DNA from: Acidimicrobiia bacterium
Lineage (GTDB): Bacteria; Actinomycetota; Acidimicrobiia; Acidimicrobiales; JAHEJN01
DNA: 42,804 bases
Assembly: GCA_029861625.1 (NCBI GenBank)
Contig: JAOTZB010000003.1
Coordinates: 1 to 42,804 of the forward strand
Direction of reading: 5' to 3'
Part shown: in pieces, positions 9,820 through 17,500 of the stretch
Layout of the letters: each line of letters begins with the position of its first letter
How positions within the stretch are numbered: position 1 is the stretch's first letter
Program-made: the position numbers and the translations under genes
The notes under the pieces: generated by a model
What the model was told of the DNA's origin: nothing
Databases searched by the model: none
What the model saw: the letters and a program-made list of their open reading frames with translations, nothing else

Positions 9820-12354
9820 TCAGCCGCCCGTCGAGGCCATGCCACGTTCCACCGCCAGGGCCGCGAGTATGAGTCCGAGGTGGGAGTAAGCCTGCGGGTG
9901 GTTGCCGAGCATGGTCTCATTGCGTGGCTCGTACTGCTCGCTCAGCAATCCGGTCGGACCGATGCGGTCGACCATCCCCTTGAAGAGCTGGCGGGCATCG
10001 GCGAGCTGGCCCATCAAGACGTACGCCTCGATGAGCCACGCCGAACAGATCAGGAAGCCGCCCTCGTCTCCGGGGAGACCGTCGTCGAACCGGTACCGGT
10101 AGACGATCGGGCCATTTCGCAGCTTGCGTTCGATGCCCCGGACGGTCGCGACGAATCGGGAGTCGGTGGGCGGCAACAGCCCCGACAGGCCGATGTGCAA
10201 CACGCTGGCGTCGAGATAGTCGTCGCCGTAGGCGATCGTGTAGGCGCGCACGCGGTCGTTCCAGCCGTTCTCGATGACATCGGCGGCGATCAGATGGCGA
10301 AGTGGACGCCAGCTCGCCGGTACGGCACGACCGGAGGCGTGGCCGACCCTCACGGCGCGGTCGACGGCCTGCCAACACATCACCTTCGAGTGCACGTGAT
10401 GGCGCTGCGCGCGGCGCTCCTCCCAGATGCCGTTGTCGGGTTCGAACCAGCGAGCGCGGACGGCGGCAACCATGTCGATGACGAGCTGCCAGTGAGCATC
10501 CTCGAGCGGCTCGCCCCGCGCCACGAGCCGCCAGATCAGGTCGACGACCGGCCCGAAGACGTCGAGCTGCACCTGGCTGTCGGCCGCATTGCCGATCCGC
10601 ACCGGTCGTGACCCTCGGTAGCCGTTGAGGGTGGGAAGCACTGCCTCCGGCAGGAACTCGTCGCCCTCGACGGCGTAAAGCGGACGGAGCTGATCGGGCC
10701 CCGGCAGGTGGTCGACCCGATCGAGCAGCCATGCGAGCAACGCCTTGGCCTCGTCGACGGCACCGAGCTCGACGAGAGCGGCCGCGCTCAACGACGCATC
10801 GCGGGGCCAGCAGTATCGGTAGTCCCAGTTGCGGACGCCGCCCAGCTCCTCGGGCAACGACGTCGTCGCGGCTGCATAGATCGCGCCGGTGGGCTCATAA
10901 CACAGCGCCTTGAGGACGAGCGCGCTGCGCCTGACCTCGTTCGTGGCCACCGTCGGGAGCACGAGCCGCTCTGCCCACCGAGACCAGTGCTCGACCGTGC
11001 CCCGGCGGCGGTCGGCCTCGTCGAGCTCGGTCGGTCGGTCGACATGGGCATCGAAGATCAGCTCGAGCGCGAGCGACTGTCCGTCGAGCTCGACGTGGCC
11101 GACCGCCGATTCGTGGGGGCCCGCGTCGATGATCTCCCAGCTGACGCCTTGCGCACGCAGCTCGATCACGTGCTGGGCGCCCCGCACGATGACGCTGTCA
11201 CCGGACAGCGTGAGACGGGTGAAGGCTCGGCCGTAGTCGGGACGGGGCGCGTACTCGATGATCACCGGCCCCCGACCCTCGAGCACCCGGAGGAGGTCGG
11301 TCCTACCCGCCGGCTCCCGGGTCCGTGCCGCCGCGCAGTCGAGGTAGTCGGTCACGATGAGATCCGACCAGCGAGTCTCGAGCACCATGGTGTCGGGCAG
11401 ATACCGCTGGGAGATCGGCCGCGCGGCGCTGTCGGGCCGAACGGAGAAGTACCCGGCCCGGGGACCACCGAGGAGCTCTGCAAACACCGCGGGCGAATCG
11501 GCTCTCGGATGGCACAACCAGGTGATGCGCGCGTCCGGCGTCACCAATGCGAGCGTGCGTTGATCGGACAGCAGCGAGTGCCGCTCGATGGCCGGCGCCG
11601 TGTCGCCCTCGAGCCACGCCCGGCGTAGCTCACAGAGGCGTGCGAGCAGGTGCGAGAAGGCGTCGGGGTCCGAGACCCGTGCGATCGCGGCGGACTCACC
11701 CGGACCGATCTTGACCCCGAGGTCGGGCCCGGTGAGCCGCTCGAACGCGTCCTCGTCGGTGATGTCGTCGCCTGCGAAGAGGACTGCCTCGACGCCGATG
11801 AGGTGGCGCAGATCGGTGAGCGCCGTGCCCTTGTCGGTCTCGACGACCGCGAGCTCGATCACCATCTTGCCCGGCTTGACCACGACGCCCTCGAGTGAGC
11901 CGGCGCCGGCCACGGCATCGTCCACTGCTTGTTCGTGCAGGGCGACCGGCACCTGTCGGTAATGCAACGCCACGCTGGCCGGCTTGCGCTCGACGATGAA
12001 CCCGGGATGGCCTTGCGCGATCTCGCCGAGCGCCGTGGCGATCTCGTCGCGCCGCTCGAGCTGCGCGTGATTCAGCGCGTGCACGAAGCCGGCATCGAAC
12101 TCGGAGCCGTGGCTGCCGATGAGGTGGATCTCCTCCGGCAGCCGGCTGAGCGCCGCGAGATCGCGGAGGGACCGGCCCGAGATCACCGCGACGTGGGTGT
12201 CGGGCATGGCGGCCAGCGTGCGGAGCGCGGCGATCGACTCGCGGAGCGGTCGCGCCTCGTCGGGGTTGTCGACAATGGGCGCCAGTGTCCCGTCGTAGTC
12301 GCACGCCACCAGGATGACCGGCGTCCGGGCGAAGGCCCGGAGGCTGTCGATCAT
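9820..12354 (-). CDS. otsB: Trehalose-6-phosphate phosphatase (OtsB, HAD) fused to a GH15 glycoside hydrolase (trehalase-like)
   Basis: N-terminal DYDGTLAP, ISGR and GDDITDE HAD motifs; C-terminal AAATTSLPE, RNWDYRYCWPRDA, GIWE and GNHPQAYSH GH15 motifs. ATG 12354 overlaps the otsA stop. Confidence 0.93.
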   Translation of the reverse strand: MIDSLRAFARTPVILVACDYDGTLAPIVDNPDEARPLRESIAALRTLAAMPDTHVAVISGRSLRDLAALSRLPEEIHLIGSHGSEFDAGFVHALNHAQLERRDEIATALGEIAQGHPGFIVERKPASVALHYRQVPVALHEQAVDDAVAGAGSLEGVVVKPGKMVIELAVVETDKGTALTDLRHLIGVEAVLFAGDDITDEDAFERLTGPDLGVKIGPGESAAIARVSDPDAFSHLLARLCELRRAWLEGDTAPAIERHSLLSDQRTLALVTPDARITWLCHPRADSPAVFAELLGGPRAGYFSVRPDSAARPISQRYLPDTMVLETRWSDLIVTDYLDCAAARTREPAGRTDLLRVLEGRGPVIIEYAPRPDYGRAFTRLTLSGDSVIVRGAQHVIELRAQGVSWEIIDAGPHESAVGHVELDGQSLALELIFDAHVDRPTELDEADRRRGTVEHWSRWAERLVLPTVATNEVRRSALVLKALCYEPTGAIYAAATTSLPEELGGVRNWDYRYCWPRDASLSAAALVELGAVDEAKALLAWLLDRVDHLPGPDQLRPLYAVEGDEFLPEAVLPTLNGYRGSRPVRIGNAADSQVQLDVFGPVVDLIWRLVARGEPLEDAHWQLVIDMVAAVRARWFEPDNGIWEERRAQRHHVHSKVMCWQAVDRAVRVGHASGRAVPASWRPLRHLIAADVIENGWNDRVRAYTIAYGDDYLDASVLHIGLSGLLPPTDSRFVATVRGIERKLRNGPIVYRYRFDDGLPGDEGGFLICSAWLIEAYVLMGQLADARQLFKGMVDRIGPTGLLSEQYEPRNETMLGNHPQAYSHLGLILAALAVERGMASTGG

Positions 12355-13742
12355 GTGCGCTCGAGCTCCGCCAGGAAGCTCGTGGCCCATTGCTGGGCCG
12401 ACGTGCGACGAACGAGTCGTCGCATCGGACGCATCCGCGACGACTGCTCGGCCGGTGGCATGGTCGCAGCTGCTTCGATCGCACCCTTGACGCCGTCGAT
12501 GTCGTACGGGTTCACGAGCACCGCCTGCCGCAGTTGGTGAGCGGCGCCCGCGAACTCGCTGAGCACCAGGACCCCACGGTTGTCGACGCGTGCCGCGACG
12601 TACTCCTTGGCGACCAGGTTCATCCCGTCGCGAAATGGTGTCACGACCATGACATCGGCGAGCCGGTAGAGCGCGATGAGCTCGTCGAACGGCTGGCTCT
12701 GGTGGAGGTAGACCACCGCCGGTTTGTCCATGGTGCCGAAGTCCCCGTTTATCTCACCGACGAGCTGTTCGACCGTGACCCGGATCTCGTTGTAGCGGTT
12801 GACGTTCGACCGGCTCGGTTCGGCGATCTGCACCAAGGTCGTGGTCTCGGGGTCGAGCCGGCGTTCCTGCAGGAGCTCGTGATAGGCGCGTAGCCGACGA
12901 TCGATGCCCTTGGTGTAGTCGAGCCGATCGACGCCGAGCAGCACGGTCGTCGGCGACCCGAGGTTCTCCAACAGCGTCTCGGCCCGCTCGGCGGCGGCTG
13001 GGGCGCTGGCCCCATCGCTGAACCGGTCGAAGTCGATACCGATGGGATGGCGGACGGTCGCCACGTCCCGGGACCCGTAGGTGATGACGGACCCGTGCGT
13101 GGTCGCGTCGCACACCCGAGGGACGCTGTGGCGGAAGTTGTGGAGCGTCGTGCGGGTCTGGAAGCCGACGAGGTCGGCGCCGAGCAGCCCCTTGGCGACC
13201 TGCCGGCGCCAGGGGAGCCGCATGAAGATCTCCCGGGCCGGGAAGGGAATGTGCAAGAAGAAGCCGATGCGAAGATCGGGCCTCATCTCGCGCAACATGC
13301 CGGGGACCAGTTGGAGCTGATAGTCGTGCACCCAGACCGTGGCGTCGATCTCGGCCCGGTCGACCACGGCGTGGGCGAAGCGCTGGTTGACGACGACATA
13401 GCGATCCCACCAGTGCCGGTGATAGTCAGCCGGAGAGATCGCATCGTGATACAGCGGCCAGAGGGTGGAGTTCGAGAACCCTTCGTAGTAGTCCTCGACA
13501 TCGCTCGGGTCGAGCGCAACCGGCACGAGGTGCACGCCGTCCAGCTCGAACGGAGCCGGAGCGTCGCCAGGGGCGCCCGCCCAACCGACCCATGTCGATC
13601 CCGGTCGAGCGCTCATGACCGGCCCGAGGGCCGAGACCAGACCACCCGGGCTCGTCTCGTACCGGGTCTCCCCGTGCTCGGTGACGGCGCGGATCGGCAG
13701 ACGGTTGGCGACCACGAGGAGTTGTCGTTGGCGGTCGGGCAT
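12351..13742 (-). CDS. otsA: Trehalose-6-phosphate synthase (GT20)
   Basis: [55 protein letters not shown]. Confidence 0.97.
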   Translation of the reverse strand: MPDRQRQLLVVANRLPIRAVTEHGETRYETSPGGLVSALGPVMSARPGSTWVGWAGAPGDAPAPFELDGVHLVPVALDPSDVEDYYEGFSNSTLWPLYHDAISPADYHRHWWDRYVVVNQRFAHAVVDRAEIDATVWVHDYQLQLVPGMLREMRPDLRIGFFLHIPFPAREIFMRLPWRRQVAKGLLGADLVGFQTRTTLHNFRHSVPRVCDATTHGSVITYGSRDVATVRHPIGIDFDRFSDGASAPAAAERAETLLENLGSPTTVLLGVDRLDYTKGIDRRLRAYHELLQERRLDPETTTLVQIAEPSRSNVNRYNEIRVTVEQLVGEINGDFGTMDKPAVVYLHQSQPFDELIALYRLADVMVVTPFRDGMNLVAKEYVAARVDNRGVLVLSEFAGAAHQLRQAVLVNPYDIDGVKGAIEAAATMPPAEQSSRMRPMRRLVRRTSAQQWATSFLAELERT

Positions 13743-13901
13743 GGTGAGAGGCGTTTCGAGGTGACGTCGAGACGGTGCGCCGGGGGCGGCCGGATCCGCC
13801 GTCGGATCGCGGGCTGCGACGCCCGGATCGTAGCGTTCGTCGAGCCGCGGACCGGGTACCCAGCGAAACGACCCGGCTCGCGTCGACCGGGCGCACCGTC
13901 G

Positions 13902-14114
13902 CTACTCGACGACGAGGAGGACGTCGCCGGGTTGGACCTGCTGGGACTCGACGACCTCGACCGACCGGATCGTGCCGGCGACTGCGGACTCCACCGGGAT
14001 CTCCATCTTCATCGACTCGAGGATCGCGACCTCGTCGCCCACGGCAATGGTCGCGCCGGCCTCGACCCGGATTCTCCAGATCGTCGCCGCCATGTCGGCG
14101 CGGATCTCGGCCAT
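13902..14114 (-). CDS. Stand-alone biotin/lipoyl carrier protein
   Basis: 70 aa, LESMKMEIPV biotinylation motif, GGGGGAG SD. Confidence 0.92.
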   Translation of the reverse strand: MAEIRADMAATIWRIRVEAGATIAVGDEVAILESMKMEIPVESAVAGTIRSVEVVESQQVQPGDVLLVVE

Positions 14115-14203
14115 CGCTCCCCCATCGTCGAATCGTCGGGCGAGTGTAGATCCCGCCGACCGTCTGACGGCAGCCGCGCCCGCCGTGCGCGAGGCTGGGG
14201 CCC

Positions 14204-14458
14204 GTGACCGACCCGATCCTCGCGAGGCGCGAACGTGTCGACCGCATCAGCGCGCTCGGGAAACGCATCGGCTACTCGCTGTTCGCCGTGGCGATCGTCT
14301 TGTTCGTCGTCGGCTTCGTCGTGGGGTTCCGCCCCGTGATCGTGACGCCCATCGTGGCCGCGATGGTCGTGGGGTCGATCATCCTTGCGCCGGCGATCGT
14401 GTTCGCCTACGGCGTGAAGGCCGCGAATCGCGAGGAGCGCGGCGGCAGCTTCCACTGA
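14204..14458 (+). CDS. Small two-TM membrane protein, hypothetical
   Basis: 84 aa with two hydrophobic helices, ending AYGVKAANREE; fills the gap with GC-rich third positions. Confidence 0.75.
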   Translation: MTDPILARRERVDRISALGKRIGYSLFAVAIVLFVVGFVVGFRPVIVTPIVAAMVVGSIILAPAIVFAYGVKAANREERGGSFH

Positions 14459-14533
14459 CCCGTCGGACCCCGGAACATCGCGCATCGGTGCCATCGCCGA
14501 ATACCATTGCTGGCTTCCAGACCAGAGGGCCCT

Positions 14534-15121
14534 GTGACTGTCCGACTTCCCGCCGCAACCCGACGCCGCCAACTGCTCGAGACCGCAACGATCACGTTCG
14601 GCAAGGAAGGTTTCCATGCCACGTCGATGAACGACGTGGCCGACGCCGCCGGCGTCACCAAGCCGGTTCTCTACCAGCACTTCGCGTCCAAGGAGGCGCT
14701 CTTCGAGGCCGTCCTCGCCCACGTCGGCGACGTGTTGCGGACATCGATCGAGGCATCCGTCGCTCCCGCCGAGGGGCCACGAGAGCGGGTCGAGAAGGGT
14801 TTCCAGGCGTACTTCGAGTTCCTGCGCGATCGCCGCGAGGCGGCTCGGGTGCTGTTCGGCGAGGCCCGACGCACCGACGAGTCGATCAGCGCCGAGGCCG
14901 ATCGGGCCGTGCAGTCGATCGCCGACATGGTCACCGACCTCATCGAGGTCGAGGGGCTCGACCGCCCCGCCCGTGAGGTGCTCGCCAACGCCATCGTCGG
15001 CCTGGCCGAAGGCGCCGGACGCCACTGGGCCCGCCATCACGACGAGATCAGCGCCGAGCGGCTGGCATCGCTGGTCGCCGAGCTCGCGTGGGCCGGGCTA
15101 CGGGGCGCCGGCCCCGTCTGA
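14534..15121 (+). CDS. TetR/AcrR family transcriptional regulator
   Basis: HTH GFHATSMNDVADAAGVTKPVLYQHFASKEAL. Start set at GTG 14534; TACCAT at 14502-14507. Confidence 0.95.
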   Translation: MTVRLPAATRRRQLLETATITFGKEGFHATSMNDVADAAGVTKPVLYQHFASKEALFEAVLAHVGDVLRTSIEASVAPAEGPRERVEKGFQAYFEFLRDRREAARVLFGEARRTDESISAEADRAVQSIADMVTDLIEVEGLDRPAREVLANAIVGLAEGAGRHWARHHDEISAERLASLVAELAWAGLRGAGPV

Positions 15122-15126
15122 GGCGG

Positions 15127-15624
15127 CTAGTTCCGGACCGACGGCGAGATGTCGATCGGTTCGTCCGGAATGTCGCCGGCGACGATCGCGGGCAGGAACT
15201 CACGGAGCCGGGTCGGCAACAGCGGCTCGTCGGTGGCGAGGACCTCGTCGATCGTCCACCAGTCGGCACCCTCGAATGCCGCGGCTTCGAGCGCCTCGAG
15301 ATGCATCGGGCGCCATTCGCCACCGTCGCACCACGCGACGTGGATGCGCTCGTCGGAATCGAAGTGATAGCCGGCGAAGTCGAACTCGACGTGTTGCACC
15401 CAGATGCAGGGTCCCATCTCGACCTCGGCGAACCCGGCCTCCTCGTACAGTTCGCGCCTCGCGGCGTCGGAGGAGCTCTCGCCCCAGTTCATCCCGCCGC
15501 CCGGAATCTCCCACCAGGGTGGCTTCGAGCCGTCGATCGGATCGGAGGCGCGCATCAAGAAGATGCGGCCGTCGCGATCGAAGAGCACGACCCGCGCGGC
15601 CGGGCGACGCAACGTGAAGACCAT
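15127..15624 (-). CDS. NUDIX hydrolase
   Basis: Nudix box PGGGMNWGESSSDAARRELYEEAG. ATG 15624 is preceded by TATCGT at 6 nt (leaderless). Confidence 0.93.
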   Translation of the reverse strand: MVFTLRRPAARVVLFDRDGRIFLMRASDPIDGSKPPWWEIPGGGMNWGESSSDAARRELYEEAGFAEVEMGPCIWVQHVEFDFAGYHFDSDERIHVAWCDGGEWRPMHLEALEAAAFEGADWWTIDEVLATDEPLLPTRLREFLPAIVAGDIPDEPIDISPSVRN

Positions 15625-15684
15625 CGGCGCACGATACTTCGCTGCGCATCCAGCGCAGATCTCGCGCCGACCCGCACCCGGACG

Positions 15685-15952
15685 CGCAGCGGGCACCCCG
15701 CTCGGGGTGCCCGCTCGCGGTGAGATGAGCATTGTCACGATCCTCGGGACGTTCCACCTGGTTCTTCCTCGAGTGGCCTCTCGGGCCCTGCGGGTGAGAG
15801 AAAGCTGCGGGAGAGTCTCGACGTCCGTGACGGCTCAGAAAGTCACCGTTTCGGAGGATCCCGTTCGCCATCGACAATCGGTGGGAACATCTCGATCCAA
15901 CCTCCTTGCCTCTCTGTCACCTGCTGTGTCCGGTGGACCAGTCAGCGTGACT
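15685..15952 (-). ncRNA. Candidate structured ncRNA (~265 nt), 6S/Ms1-like rod
   Basis: Bounded by a promoter and a terminator hairpin. Nested long-range pairings (plus-strand coordinates): 15946-15951/15734-15739, 15932-15937/15753-15758, 15908-15924/15790-15805, 15885-15891/15820-15826. Confidence 0.55.
15688..15715 (-). terminator. GC-rich terminator-like hairpin
   Basis: Perfect 12-bp inverted repeat AGCGGGCACCCC-gctc-GGGGTGCCCGCT with no U-tract. No annotated CDS ends at it. Confidence 0.7.
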
Positions 15953-15958
15953 ACCGCA

Positions 15959-15987
15959 ACTATCCGCCCGCACGTGGTCTGTGTCAA
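15959..15987 (-). promoter_or_regulatory. Sigma-A-type promoter TTGACA-N17-GATAGT
   Basis: Perfect -35 (15982-15987), 17-nt spacer, -10 at 15959-15964; predicted TSS near 15952. Confidence 0.6.
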
Positions 15988-15995
15988 GCGTCACA
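15980..15995. promoter_or_regulatory. CRP/GlxR-like site TGTGT-N6-TCACA
   Basis: One mismatch to TGTGA-N6-TCACA; overlaps the -35 above. Confidence 0.4.
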
Positions 15996-16141
15996 TGCAT
16001 TGCCGCCATGTTGCTGCCGCGTGACATCTCATCATGGTCTTCCGTTCCCCCCCGTCGTGGCGCTATGGTCTGTCGCCACTAGAGACGAACGCGTCGAGAA
16101 CCACCCGCCGTGTTCGCGATAGCCAACCCATGGAGGGGTAC

Positions 16142-17347
16142 ATGTTGACTCGTAGATGGCTGACCTTGTTCGCCGTCATCGCCACGTTCGGTCTGCTCGC
16201 TGCAGCCTGCGGTAGCGATGACGACGGCGATGAACCAGCAGCCAGTGACGACACCGCAGAAGCCGACGAAGCCGATGCAGCCGACGAAGCCGATGCAGCC
16301 GACGAAGCCGACGAAGCCGACGAAGCCGACGAAGCCGACGAAGCCGACGCAGGCGACGAAGCCGACGAAGGCGACGAGACCGTCGAGCTGACCCAGGACG
16401 GAGGCCGACTCCAGGCCGTCCGCGATCGCGGCAGCCTCATCTGTGGTGGCAACGACACGCTTCCGGGCTTCGGCTTCGTCGACGACGCCGGTGACTTCTC
16501 CGGCTTCGACATCGACTTCTGTCGAGTGGTGGCAGCAGGCGTCCTCGGCGATGCCGATGCTGTCGAGTTCGTGCCGCTCACCGCAGAGGCCCGCTTCACG
16601 GCCCTCCAGTCGGGCGAGATCGACGTGCTGATCCGCAACACCACCTGGACTGCGACCCGCGACGGCCAGGAAGGCGCGAACTTCTTGTTCACGACCTTCT
16701 TCGACGGCCAGGGCGTGATGGTCCCGGCGGCGACAGGCTTCACGACCCTCGAGGACCTCGCCGATGCGAACATCTGCGTGCTGTCGGGTACCACGACCGA
16801 GCTGAACCTCACCGCGGTGTTCAATGCGCGCGGCATCCCGTTCAACCCGGTCGTGTTCGAGGACAACACCCAGCTCCGCCCGGCCTATGAAGAGGGCCAG
16901 TGCGAAGGCTGGACCTCTGACGCCTCGCAGCTGGCGGCCTTCAAGGCCACCATCGAGGGAGAGGGCGGCGAAGACCAGTTCATCATGGCCGAGATCATCT
17001 CGAAGGAGCCGCTCGGTCCCGTCGTCGCCGATGGCGACACGGAGTGGGCACAGGCCGTCGAGTGGTCGGTCATGGCGCCGGTGCAGGCCTGGGAGTTCGG
17101 GCTCGACTCGGGAACCATCGGCAGCTACGACGGTGATGACCCGAACATCTTGAACTTCATCGGTACCGATGGATTCGATCCGGGTCTCGGCCTTCCGCCC
17201 GATTTCGCGGTGACCATCGTGTCGTCGGTCGGGAACTACGAGGAGATCTACAACGCCAACATCGTCCCGATCGGTCTGTCGCTCGCCGGCTCGCCGAACG
17301 ACCTGTGGACGAATGGCGGCCTCATGTACGTCCCGCCGTATCGCTAG
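16142..17347 (+). CDS. aapJ: General L-amino acid ABC transporter substrate-binding lipoprotein (AapJ/BztA-like)
   Basis: GGAGGGG SD, lipobox LLAAAC, GFDIDFCR, RFTALQSGEIDVLIRNTTWT, IISKEPLGP, NGGLMYVPPYR. Confidence 0.93.
   Translation: MLTRRWLTLFAVIATFGLLAAACGSDDDGDEPAASDDTAEADEADAADEADAADEADEADEADEADEADAGDEADEGDETVELTQDGGRLQAVRDRGSLICGGNDTLPGFGFVDDAGDFSGFDIDFCRVVAAGVLGDADAVEFVPLTAEARFTALQSGEIDVLIRNTTWTATRDGQEGANFLFTTFFDGQGVMVPAATGFTTLEDLADANICVLSGTTTELNLTAVFNARGIPFNPVVFEDNTQLRPAYEEGQCEGWTSDASQLAAFKATIEGEGGEDQFIMAEIISKEPLGPVVADGDTEWAQAVEWSVMAPVQAWEFGLDSGTIGSYDGDDPNILNFIGTDGFDPGLGLPPDFAVTIVSSVGNYEEIYNANIVPIGLSLAGSPNDLWTNGGLMYVPPYR
16262..16378 (+). repeat. 13 x 9-bp tandem repeat (consensus GCCGACGAA) encoding an acidic (ADE)n linker
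   Basis: Units counted directly; in frame, between the lipobox and the binding domain. Confidence 0.92.
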
Positions 17348-17372
17348 GAACCGCACGATCAGTTGAGCTGAT

Positions 17373-17403
17373 GGGGCGGTCTCGGATGCACCGAGACCGC
17401 CCC
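17373..17403 (+). terminator. Hairpin after the substrate-binding protein gene (terminator or mRNA stabiliser)
   Basis: 13-bp perfect stem GGGGCGGTCTCGG-atgca-CCGAGACCGCCCC. Confidence 0.75.
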
Positions 17404-17500
17404 GTCGCTCGTTCGGGGAACGTGCCGTTGGTCACATTCGGCCCGGTCGGCTAGCTTCTGGCCGCTCCCGTTCCCGCCTCACCCGTCACCAAAGGCTGCC

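Noticed and set aside
13902-14114. Orphan biotin carrier as a novel system
   Set aside because: Stand-alone ~70-aa biotinyl proteins are already known in actinobacteria.
15827-15842. GTGAC-n6-GAAAG as a GlnR box for the amino-acid transporter
   Set aside because: A single imperfect pair about 300 bp from aapJ, better explained as a GTGAC/GTCAC stem inside the candidate RNA.
15200-15877. 225-aa minus-strand ORF as the explanation of the intergenic promoter
   Set aside because: It runs through the terminator hairpin and out of frame over the NUDIX gene, with non-protein-like composition.
16262-16378. Tandem repeat as a CRISPR array
   Set aside because: The units are 9 bp, contiguous, spacer-free and in frame within a CDS; no cas genes are present.
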